From Candidatus Uhrbacteria bacterium (lineage in GTDB: Bacteria > Patescibacteriota > Patescibacteriia > JACRJV01), in assembly GCA_016215325.1 (NCBI GenBank), contig JACRJV010000012.1, positions 1-57,881 of the forward strand: a stretch of 57,881 nucleotides of DNA, given 5' to 3'. The notes beneath the pieces are model-generated. The model saw only the letters and a list, made by a program, of their open reading frames with translations. It ran no database searches and had not been told where the DNA came from. The translations under genes and the position numbers were made by a program. Numbering within the stretch: position 1 is the stretch's first letter; each line of letters opens with the position of its first letter. This document shows positions 1 through 6,873 of this stretch, piece after piece.

Positions 1-576
1 CCATCCAACAAAGTTGCCGATTGGGATCCCATAATACCAGCCGTTGGCATGCCATTGCCAAGAACCAAGCTGGACTTGGATGGGGTCCAGGAATAAATCG
101 ATGCTGACCGCGATAAACCCATCCGCAATGAGCAGGAAAGGAATCGCCTTCGTGGGAAATCGATCGATGCCGCTGAACCATCGGAACACGGCATTGCTCA
201 AACAGTACGAAAGGTATATAAACAGCGGCCAGTACAGCACCACCAGAATCGGAACCTGCGCAATCAACAACGTGTGCTGTGGGTACGAATACTGCCCACC
301 AAAAACGACTCCGTACGTGAGCCCAATTTCTTCAAAGAGGAATCCAACCGCCCCACCCACCCCCATGAGCAACGCTGTAAATCGCCAGGAGAACGACCAC
401 GCGCTATGCAGCACGGTAAACACAACAGGCAATAGCATGATTACCACAACAATCCATGATCCCTCCCGGATATTCACCCAAGGAATATTGCCCGTTGTAA
501 CAAGCTGCAGCGTCAACAGCGCTGTTTCAATGGCGCAGATACTCAATACGAGAATATGTTTTTGGGATATGGTCAT
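1..576 (-). CDS. Multi-pass membrane protein, carotenoid-biosynthesis-associated (DUF422-like) family; C-terminus runs off the window
   Basis: Absent from the ORF track because it is open at the window edge. My minus-strand translation from the ATG at 574-576 reads MTISQKHILVLSICAIE...LGSWQWHANGWYYGIPIGNFVGW with no stop down to base 1. It is hydrophobic, and the W-x-W...G(I/V)P..NF.GW tail resembles DUF422. The listed + ORF 44..583 is its antisense shadow. Confidence 0.45.
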   Translation of the reverse strand, partial: MTISQKHILVLSICAIETALLTLQLVTTGNIPWVNIREGSWIVVVIMLLPVVFTVLHSAWSFSWRFTALLMGVGGAVGFLFEEIGLTYGVVFGGQYSYPQHTLLIAQVPILVVLYWPLFIYLSYCLSNAVFRWFSGIDRFPTKAIPFLLIADGFIAVSIDLFLDPIQVQLGSWQWHANGWYYGIPIGNFVGW

Positions 577-720
577 AAAGTAAATATCTATCGTCAACAT
601 CAGTATATCGCTTATCTTCACTCGTATGCTAGAGATTAGTCCGTCGATCGGTTGGACAAGAGGCGTTCCATGCTGTATGGTTACTGCAAGCATTATTGTA
701 GTACGTCATACCCCTTCTCT

Positions 721-1644
721 ATGTCTAAACGTCTCGGAATCGGCGTTGCCATAGGTATTTTCGTTCTCGTTTTTGTTCTTTTGAGTGCCAGGTCGTTACG
801 AAATCCGATCGATGACTCTGATACCACTATAAATGTTGTTGCGTCCTTTTACCCCTTGTATTATTTTGCTTCGGCGATTGCCGGGGACGATGCGACCGTA
901 CACAACCTCACCCCCGCAGGAGTAGAGCCCCACGAGTATGAGCTCACGCCCAATGACATTGTTCTGTTGGAAAACGCCAAGCTTCTGCTGCTCAATGGCG
1001 CTGGCCTTGAGCCATGGGCAAACGATGTAAAGTCTACGCTAGAGGGGAAAGGCGTTGTGATTGTCGACACCAGCGGAGATGTTGCAACCGTAACGACAGA
1101 AGCAGATGGTACGCCCCTCCAAGATCCGCATGGGTGGTTGAGCCCAGTCGCCGCACAGGCACAGGTCGACCGCATTGTCGAAGGATTTGCAAAGGCGGAT
1201 CCGCTCCGCGCCTCCGTTTACCAGCAGCGCGCAAGCGATCTTAAAGTGAAGCTCGCCGCACTCGACCGGCAATATACTCAAGGATTGAAGCAGTGCAATA
1301 AACGGAGCTTTATTACCTCCCACAATGCTTTCGGGTATCTTGCTCGGCAGTACAACCTCAATCAAGTGGCGATTGCGGGCTTTTCTCCGGATGAAGAGCC
1401 GACTGCGAAGGCATTGGCGCGCGTGGCCGATCTGGCGCGGTACTACCAAGTGCGCGTGATTTTTTTTGAAACATTAGTAAGCCCCAAACTCTCCCAGACG
1501 ATTGCCGCCTCTGTCGGTGCGCAGACACTGCCGCTCAATCCCATCGAGGGATTGAGCGAAGCAGAACTTGCACAAGGCAAGGATTATGTGAGCGAGATGC
1601 AAAAGAATTTAGAGAGCTTACGGTTTGCCTTGGAGTGCCGATAA
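721..1644 (+). CDS. Metal (Zn/Mn) ABC transporter substrate-binding protein, ZnuA/TroA family
   Basis: ORF 652..1644. VVASFYPLYYFA...HNLTPAGVEPHEYELTPND...LNGAGLEPW...DPHGWLSP is the classic cluster-9 SBP pattern. The probable start is the ATG at 721 (MSKRLGIGVAIGIFVLVFVLL signal anchor). Confidence 0.85.
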   Translation: MSKRLGIGVAIGIFVLVFVLLSARSLRNPIDDSDTTINVVASFYPLYYFASAIAGDDATVHNLTPAGVEPHEYELTPNDIVLLENAKLLLLNGAGLEPWANDVKSTLEGKGVVIVDTSGDVATVTTEADGTPLQDPHGWLSPVAAQAQVDRIVEGFAKADPLRASVYQQRASDLKVKLAALDRQYTQGLKQCNKRSFITSHNAFGYLARQYNLNQVAIAGFSPDEEPTAKALARVADLARYYQVRVIFFETLVSPKLSQTIAASVGAQTLPLNPIEGLSEAELAQGKDYVSEMQKNLESLRFALECR

Positions 1645-1945
1645 AAAAACTTGTACAAAGGGCGCCCTCTCAGATTCTAAAGGTATTAGTCGAGCGACTC
1701 ATTGCAGATGGGATCTTGCGCACACCCGCATCGCGATGGAAGAGCTCGACAAGCGCAATCGGCGCTGAAGTCAGGTCTACTGGCGCCGGGATTCGTGCAC
1801 GCAGCATGAATCCCGGCTTTTTCTCAAACAAAGAACCGCTCCGATTTGGAGAGGTTCTCACTTCATTGATTTCCTGGGGCCAGCAAGCCTGCCCGCAATG
1901 CTGCGCTCGCATAGCGCTGCAGGCGGGTGAAGGATGTTAGAACTT
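1645..1945 (+). ncRNA. Structured non-coding region X (candidate ncRNA or ribozyme-derived element heading the cassette array)
   Basis: 300 nt between convergent gene ends. Perfect hairpins at 1786-1816 (CCGGGATTC/GAATCCCGG), 1832-1858 (AGAACC/GGTTCT) and 1888-1927 (CCTGCCCGC/GCAGGCGGG). The 3' 40 nt nearly match the tRNA-Thr intron at 50687-50723. The overlapping ORF 1635..1940 has no protein-like features. Confidence 0.35.
1822..1943 (+). repeat. Cassette-junction repeat, copy A (long form with 40-nt hairpin insert)
   Basis: tctcaaacaaag-[hairpin]-cattga..tGGGGCCAGCAAG-[cctgcccgc...gcaggcggg]-tGAAGGATGTTAGAAC. It ends 5 nt before the stop of the minus-strand gene 1948..2634. Confidence 0.7.
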
Positions 1946-1947
1946 AT

Positions 1948-2634
1948 TTAAGGCGATACGTACCCCTTGCGTAGTGGGATATCTTTAAGAAAGTCTTCGA
2001 TCTTCAATTCTGTATGAATGTCTAAACTGTCGCGACTGTTGAGTTCTTCCTCCAATGCTTTCCAAAATTGTTCTAATATTCTGAAGGCATCGGCAGGTTT
2101 CAATACTTTAAAATGAAATTTGAATAGGTAGGTTGCTTGGGCTGTTGAACTATTATCAGGGTAGGCATCCTCAGCCTCTTTTTGAGTGGTGTTTCTGAGC
2201 GCCATTGCTTTTTCCTCTGCCGACCCATTAACTCGTTTGATTGCACTATTGAATAATGTTTCGAGAAAATTTTCTATCTCAATTTTTTCGGTAGTGCTTA
2301 CATTTTTTTCTAGAGAAAGAAGATAAATATGAGCGTCGCGTTCAATTTTTTGATGTGCCAGTTCTTTTGGCCGTTGTTCATATAACATTGATCCATCTAC
2401 TTTAACATGCCCTGTGCACGAAGAGCATGTTTGAGTCTGAGAGTTTGGAAAACGATCTTGTGTAATTCGATTGATCCTTTTCAAAGTAGCTTGTATTGGA
2501 AGCTCACATTCACGTTCGATTTCTTCCCAAAGTGAGCGCTCCGCATCTGATTGGGGCGCCAGGTCTTTGGTAGGTATTGGTGCTCTCCAGGTTGGCTCCG
2601 GGGACATGAGTTTGATTTTAACAGCACTACTCAA
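1948..2634 (-). CDS. Hypothetical protein (cassette 1)
   Basis: 228-aa ORF in a low-GC region, bounded by junction repeats A and B. I recognise no family motif. Confidence 0.55.
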   Translation of the reverse strand: MSSAVKIKLMSPEPTWRAPIPTKDLAPQSDAERSLWEEIERECELPIQATLKRINRITQDRFPNSQTQTCSSCTGHVKVDGSMLYEQRPKELAHQKIERDAHIYLLSLEKNVSTTEKIEIENFLETLFNSAIKRVNGSAEEKAMALRNTTQKEAEDAYPDNSSTAQATYLFKFHFKVLKPADAFRILEQFWKALEEELNSRDSLDIHTELKIEDFLKDIPLRKGYVSP

Positions 2635-2690
2635 AAGAGTATCACATTTCGTACTAAAGGTGTAAACGCAAAGTCAGCTACTTTTTTAAT

Positions 2691-2760
2691 GGTATCAAAA
2701 AATAACCAAAAACCATTGAATGTTCTTTGATGGGGGCCCGCAAGTCGAGGATATTAGAAC
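2691..2760 (+). repeat. Cassette-junction repeat, copy B
   Basis: ggtatcaaaaaataaccaaaaaccattgaatgttctttgatGGGGGCCCGCAAGtcgaGGATATTAGAAC. It shares the extended 5' arm with copy D. The BrnA stop codon lies inside 'ttagaac'. Confidence 0.7.
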
Positions 2761-3071
2761 CTGTCTGCGGTTTCTTTCTCCCCGCACTCCGAATGCCGTA
2801 ATGGTTTTTTCTTCCCATCCATAGATTCTGCAAGAATCACCTTAATATACGACTGGTAGGGAACGTCGCGTTGATTGGCTTGTGATTGAATGCGGGCAAG
2901 GAGATCTTCTGGTAGCCGAATGCTAATAGTTCTCGTAGAAGTTTTGAGGTTTGGGAAGACTGCGTGTTGAGCTTTCGACCAATCCAAATAATCAGCAGAA
3001 TCATGGCTTGCCCAGAACTTGCGTTCTTCTTGTTCGGTTTTAAAATGGGGGATTTTTTTATGCTTGTTCAT
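2754..3071 (-). CDS. brnA: BrnA-like antitoxin (CopG/RHH family)
   Basis: HFKTEQEERKFWASHDSADYLDW...TISIRLPEDLLARIQSQANQRDVPYQSYIKVIL is the typical BrnA pattern. It overlaps brnT by 14 nt. Confidence 0.85.
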   Translation of the reverse strand: MNKHKKIPHFKTEQEERKFWASHDSADYLDWSKAQHAVFPNLKTSTRTISIRLPEDLLARIQSQANQRDVPYQSYIKVILAESMDGKKKPLRHSECGEKETADRF

Positions 3072-3351
3072 AGTGATGGCGTTCCTTTCTGCTCATGTCT
3101 CGAGCAGAGATGATGCGGAGTGATTCTCTACGCATCGTAAAGGAAACAAAGAGTAATCGATCAATATTTGTTTTGCCTAACGCATACCATCGGTGTTCTC
3201 TTGTGGAGTGCAGGGCATCTTCTTGGATAAGGAGGGGAGTATTGAAGAACACCTGCTCACACTCCTCATTGGTCACTTTGTGTTTGGTAATATTTTTTTG
3301 ACTATTCCCACGATCCCATTGAAAACCTTCAATCGTTGAAATATCGAGCAT
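3058..3351 (-). CDS. brnT: BrnT-like toxin (DUF497 ribonuclease)
   Basis: FQWDRGNSQKNITKHKVTNEECEQVFFN...RIISARDMSRKERHHY is the DUF497 signature. It lies upstream of brnA in one operon. Confidence 0.9.
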   Translation of the reverse strand: MLDISTIEGFQWDRGNSQKNITKHKVTNEECEQVFFNTPLLIQEDALHSTREHRWYALGKTNIDRLLFVSFTMRRESLRIISARDMSRKERHHYEQA

Positions 3352-3462
3352 AGTCCCATATAAATTTGTATATTACCATCATATACTATTATTCGGATAT
3401 TGTCAAGTGTCCATAGATCGATCGAAAAACAGTTCCATCAAGGAATCCCTGGAGTTTTTTAT

Positions 3463-3485
3463 CAGGGCCAGCAAGATGTTAGAAC
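3463..3485 (+). repeat. Cassette-junction repeat, copy C (minimal form)
   Basis: caGGGCCAGCAAG-ATGTTAGAAC, 12 nt downstream of the fic stop at 3497. Confidence 0.6.
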
Positions 3486-3496
3486 TTTCGTGCCCA

Positions 3497-4708
3497 CTAT
3501 CTCTTAAAGAGATCAAGATACTCATGCAAAATGAATATCCGATTTCTTGAGAATCCAGTAACCTCCTTAAGAATCCCCACTTTCTCCATTTCTCTGATGA
3601 GCGTATTGGTTGCGCTAATGGAAGTTTTGAGGTGTTTTGATGCTCCAGAGACATTCGTGGCAGGCTTAGAGAATAGTTGTATGAGGAGTGCATGAGCAAG
3701 TTTTGCCCTTCGGCCCAGTTCAAAGATTTTTTTTTCGTAACTTGCCCTTAGACTAATGATTTTTTCAAATGTGTCCTCACTCTTTTTTGCTGTTTCAATG
3801 ACAGCAGAAAGAAAAAAAATTAACCATTGGTCAAGGTCATTACGTTCACGAACGAACGTAAGAGCATCATAGTATTTTGCCTTGTTTTTTTCAAAGAAAT
3901 CGGAAAGATAGAGTGTTGGTTTTTTTAGGATTCCCATTTCGATAAGGTGGAGTGAAATTAGCATACGCCCAACACGTCCATTCCCATCGTTAAACGGATG
4001 GATTGTTTCAAACTGATAATGGGATATTGCAATTTTAATCAGGTTGGGCATGTTGAGTCCTTTATTGTGCCAGAAAAATTCCAAATCCTTTAACATGTCA
4101 GGAAGATCATCTGGGTGTGGGGGAATGAATCCTGCGGTCTGGATATTCGTACCCCCAATCCAGTTTTGGGCTATTCGAACCTCGCCGGGTTGTTTGTGTT
4201 CGCCCCGGACTCCAGAAAGTAAAATTCGATGAGCGACGTTTAGTAATCGCATACACACTGGAAGTTTTCTTAGTTGGGCAATTGAGTAATTTGTTGCTTT
4301 AATGTAGTTTTGAACTTCAGTCCAGTCATCTCGTTTTTCGGGGGAGATTTCTTCTTTTGGTAACACCGCTTCGTCCATTCCCGTACGAGTGCCCTCAATG
4401 CGACTCGATTTCACTGCTTCATTACGTACGTGCATTTGGATGAAGAAATCAACATCGGGTACCAAAAGAGAATAGGCATTGAGCTCGCCCACTAGGCGTA
4501 TCGCCTCTTCAAGGAGAACGGGGATTCTTTTATCTTGCCATTCGTAGGGCTGATTCACCAGAGACGGGGAGAAGCTACGGTATTCGTACTCTTTTCCCCA
4601 GAAATGTTTCGTGTAGGTTCCGGCACTAAAGTTATTTTGGAGTTTGGGCATATGATACAAAGTAGGGTTTGATATATCTATATTACTAGATTGAGCCGAA
4701 AGTTGCAA
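3497..4708 (-). CDS. Fic family protein (AMPylase-type Fic domain, C-terminal wHTH)
   Basis: Contains [14 protein letters not shown], which matches the Fic motif HxFx(D/E)GNGRxxR. The N-terminal region is Fic_N-like. The track start is a TTG at 4708; an alternative ATG lies at 4651 (MPKLQNN). Confidence 0.9.
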   Translation of the reverse strand: MQLSAQSSNIDISNPTLYHMPKLQNNFSAGTYTKHFWGKEYEYRSFSPSLVNQPYEWQDKRIPVLLEEAIRLVGELNAYSLLVPDVDFFIQMHVRNEAVKSSRIEGTRTGMDEAVLPKEEISPEKRDDWTEVQNYIKATNYSIAQLRKLPVCMRLLNVAHRILLSGVRGEHKQPGEVRIAQNWIGGTNIQTAGFIPPHPDDLPDMLKDLEFFWHNKGLNMPNLIKIAISHYQFETIHPFNDGNGRVGRMLISLHLIEMGILKKPTLYLSDFFEKNKAKYYDALTFVRERNDLDQWLIFFLSAVIETAKKSEDTFEKIISLRASYEKKIFELGRRAKLAHALLIQLFSKPATNVSGASKHLKTSISATNTLIREMEKVGILKEVTGFSRNRIFILHEYLDLFKR

Positions 4709-4761
4709 TATGGAAATTTATATTACGACTTGTAATAGAAAGGTTCTACTATCCCGTTCTT

Positions 4762-4830
4762 GGTATCAAAAAACACCCAATAAACATTGGATGTTCTTCG
4801 ATGGGGCATCTTTACGACTCCGCTCGAACC
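4762..4830 (+). repeat. Cassette-junction repeat, copy D (degenerate 3' half)
   Basis: ggtatcaaaaaacacccaataaacattggatgttcttcgatGGGGCatctttacgactccgctcGAAC. The first ~45 nt align with copy B. Confidence 0.55.
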
Positions 4831-5289
4831 TATTTTCAATCAAATCTCCCGACGAAGTCGGGTCGATTGCGGAGGCCTGTACAAGCCATGCGTTTGGATC
4901 AGAGTATTACTAAGGACGACTATGACAGAAAGTTGCAAGAGCTGAAAGATGAACAGTATCGCCTCAACAATGAGCTAGAAGAACACACCAAGGCAGACCA
5001 CAATTATTCTATCCATGTATCTACAGTGTTTGATCTCTGTCGCAGGGTTAAGGAAATTTTTGTGAGTTCTAAAACAACAGAGAAACGTGCGCTTTTGAAC
5101 TACCTACTTCAGAACCCAGTTGTTGAAGGCAAGAAATTTGAGTTTTCGTTAAAATCTCCTTTTGATTTAGTGCTTTCCCTCGCTTCTGAACAAAGCAAAA
5201 GCAGGGCTTTAAACCCTGCTCGTACAACTTGGGGCCAGCAAGTGAAGGATGTTAGAACTTGTCTGGTTGCTTTACAGATGACCCAGTAG
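4801..5289 (+). pseudogene. 3' fragment of a large serine recombinase gene (catalytic and zinc-ribbon domains missing)
   Basis: ITKDDYDRKLQELKDEQYRLNNELEEHTKADHNYSIHVSTVFDLCRRVKEIFVSSKTTEKRALLNYLLQNPVVEGKKFEFSLKSPFD matches the C-terminal coiled-coil tail of large serine recombinases as I recall it. There is no resolvase domain upstream. The ORF tail reads through junction repeat E. Confidence 0.55.
5185..5258 (+). repeat. Cassette-junction repeat, copy E (long form lacking the 40-nt hairpin)
   Basis: ttctgaacaaag-[AGCAGGG cttt aaa CCCTGCT hairpin]-..ttGGGGCCAGCAAG-TGAAGGATGTTAGAAC. It is collinear with copy A, with a compensatory hairpin and a precise absence of 1888-1927. Confidence 0.7.
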
Positions 5290-5493
5290 ATCTTCCACCG
5301 TCCAATCAATATCCTCGAGAATTCCTTTGAGTGTTCCGTTAGGTATATCGCGTGTATGCATGGGGATGACGCTCATCCGACCGTCGATATGTCGCAGGAT
5401 AATATGGCTGCCGCGCTGGCGATCAACGAAAAAGCCTTGTCGCTGCAAGGCCTTGATAAGTTTCTTTGGTGTTACCACGGGTAACTTAGGCAT
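5272..5493 (-). CDS. hicA: HicA-like mRNA interferase toxin
   Basis: MPKLPVVTPKKLIKALQRQGFFVDRQRGSHIILRH...IPMHTRDIPNGTLKGIL is the HicA/YcfA pattern. I placed the start at the internal ATG 5491-5493, which overlaps the hicB end. Confidence 0.8.
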   Translation of the reverse strand: MPKLPVVTPKKLIKALQRQGFFVDRQRGSHIILRHIDGRMSVIPMHTRDIPNGTLKGILEDIDWTVEDLLGHL

Positions 5494-5749
5494 ACTCTCG
5501 TTGTTGAATTTTAGATCGTTGTTTTGCCTTTTCAACAAACACTGTTGTAAACGATTCGAAACTTTGTTCTTCGGGGATGGATTTTCCGTTCTCCATAAGT
5601 GATTCGAGATAGACACCCACCGCCTCTTGGAGGTGTTTTTTTGTTTCAGGGATTGTTTTTCCCCAAGTATGACAACCCTTCAAGGATGGGACGTATCCAT
5701 GGAATCCTTTTGTGTCTGGTTCGATAATGATGCGATAGGTGTGATTCAT
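5486..5749 (-). CDS. hicB: HicB-like antitoxin
   Basis: YRIIIEPDTKGFHGYVPSLKGCHTWGKTIPETKKHLQEAVGVYLESL matches the HicB N-terminal fold signature. It sits immediately upstream of hicA. Confidence 0.8.
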   Translation of the reverse strand: MNHTYRIIIEPDTKGFHGYVPSLKGCHTWGKTIPETKKHLQEAVGVYLESLMENGKSIPEEQSFESFTTVFVEKAKQRSKIQQREYA

Positions 5750-5798
5750 ATGCCTACAGTATAGCAGGCGAGGGTTAAGTATTCAAGCGGAATTTTTC

Positions 5799-5848
5799 GT
5801 GGGCCGGCAAGACTATATTCTGTAGCTTTAGCGTAGGAGGGTTAGAAT
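5799..5848 (+). repeat. Cassette-junction repeat, copy F (distal end of the array)
   Basis: gtGGGCCGGCAAGactatattctgtagctttagcgtaggaggGTTAGAAT. It lies upstream of hicB at the switch from low to high GC. Confidence 0.5.
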
Positions 5849-5862
5849 CATTATTCTCGCCG

Positions 5863-5892
5863 TTGGACATTTGGATAAAGTTGTGGCATAAT
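5863..5892 (+). promoter_or_regulatory. Candidate sigma70-type promoter
   Basis: TTGGAC, 18-nt spacer, TGg-CATAAT (extended -10). It is followed by AAGGAGG and the ATG at 5938. Confidence 0.4.
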
Positions 5893-5937
5893 ATAGAATT
5901 GCAGAACGCAGATCGGTGAACAAAGGAGGAATTTCAA

Positions 5938-6357
5938 ATGGAATGGAGACCGATTTGGGGCTTCGGTGGATACGGTGACGACGATGAGGAATCGTCGAGT
6001 CCGTTTCTACCGGACTCATCCGCCGCCCCTGCACCAGTCGCGTCAAGCGAATTCGATGCGGAGGGGGAGGCTCCGGCTGGCCCTCCGAAGCCTCGGTGGA
6101 ATCGCTACGATCCCATGCCGAACAGCAGACTGTTCAACCTGCCCGCCGTGCGCATGCAGAAGACGACCGACCAAGACAGCAACCTCACATGCAGCCGGGC
6201 CGGATGCACACGGGAGGCCTGGATGAAGTCCGTCGGGCTCAAGGTTGAGCTACGCCACTGCAACAGCGGTAAGCACAACGCCGCTGTCACGCGTCAGTTC
6301 CTCAACCAGGTGGCCGAGGAGGGTAAGTTGAGGGACCTCAAGACTCAGAGGGACTAA
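5938..6357 (+). CDS. Hypothetical protein (high-GC, acidic/Pro-rich N-terminus, Cys/His-containing C-terminus)
   Basis: 139-aa ORF with a strong SD (caaaGGAGGaatttcaaATG). GC is clearly above that of its neighbours. No family recognised. Confidence 0.5.
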   Translation: MEWRPIWGFGGYGDDDEESSSPFLPDSSAAPAPVASSEFDAEGEAPAGPPKPRWNRYDPMPNSRLFNLPAVRMQKTTDQDSNLTCSRAGCTREAWMKSVGLKVELRHCNSGKHNAAVTRQFLNQVAEEGKLRDLKTQRD

Positions 6358-6591
6358 TCCGCGCATCGCGAGATGCGCTCCAATCTTCTCAACGAGAGGA
6401 GGTGAAATCATTCGAACTCGAACGACCAAGGGCAGTCGGCGTCCTAACCCGTGGGTACTCCCACGGCATCCCTACGGCGTCGGGACGCCTTCAGAGAAGC
6501 GGTGCTGGAAAGGACCCAAGAACCGCTGCACGTGCCGGTATCATATGATCGTCTACTCAAGCGACGGTCGTCCATCGAAGGTCTTTCTTTT

Positions 6592-6873
6592 TCACTGACG
6601 CACTCGCTGAGCAACAATGGTGAGCATCATGGCAACATCCGGGGAGCAGTGTTCCTTTTTGAGAGTGATTTGTTTTGTATTAAGTAGCCGTTCGGCTTTT
6701 TGTAACTCATCCGCGAACGCTCCGGTCATGGATACCACGTCGTTAAAGTCGAGGATTACTTCGCCAGGATGATCGGCCAGGATTATATCACGGAGTTTTA
6801 TCGCCATATGCCGGCCCCAGCAGGAAGAGCCGATCAACGCTTGCACATGATATATTTTAGCGGAGGATGTCAT
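6592..6873 (-). CDS. STAS-like (DUF4325-type) small protein
   Basis: MAIKLRDIILADHPGEVILDFNDVVSMTGAFADELQKA resembles the DUF4325/STAS-like pattern (..V.LDF.GV...s.sFadE). The start is uncertain (ATG at 6873 or 6807). It overlaps the upstream ATPase stop. Confidence 0.55.
   Translation of the reverse strand: MTSSAKIYHVQALIGSSCWGRHMAIKLRDIILADHPGEVILDFNDVVSMTGAFADELQKAERLLNTKQITLKKEHCSPDVAMMLTIVAQRVRQ

Noticed and set aside
44-583. 179-aa plus-strand ORF at the window start
   Set aside because: The opposite strand gives an uninterrupted hydrophobic DUF422-like membrane protein from 576 to the window edge. The plus ORF has an odd composition and no motifs, so it is an antisense shadow.
1635-1940. 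101-aa ORF covering region X
   Set aside because: It overlaps the ZnuA-like stop, lies entirely in hairpin-dense sequence shared with an intron, and has no start context.
1822-5848. Junction repeats as canonical integron attC sites
   Set aside because: Only the terminal 7-8-mers are inverted (TTCTgAAC/GTTAGAA). The interior is not a near-complete palindrome with L boxes. The boxes deviate from RYYYAAC/GTTRRRY. No divergent intI/attI lies next to the array. I kept it only as 'integron-like'.
1822-5848. Junction repeats as duplicated 3' ends of tRNA-His (tggggcggccaacgggaattgaaccc at 7634-7659 looks superficially similar)
   Set aside because: The reverse complement of the repeats cannot be drawn as a T-arm plus a 7-nt acceptor. 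About 14 nt lie between the putative T-stem and CCA, and the T-stem pairs poorly. The similarity is limited to short G/C runs.
6404-6597. Possible small ORF after GAGGAGG at about 6393
   Set aside because: No ATG/GTG/TTG sits at a workable spacing (only ATT, or a GTG overlapping the SD). The sequence is dominated by hairpins.
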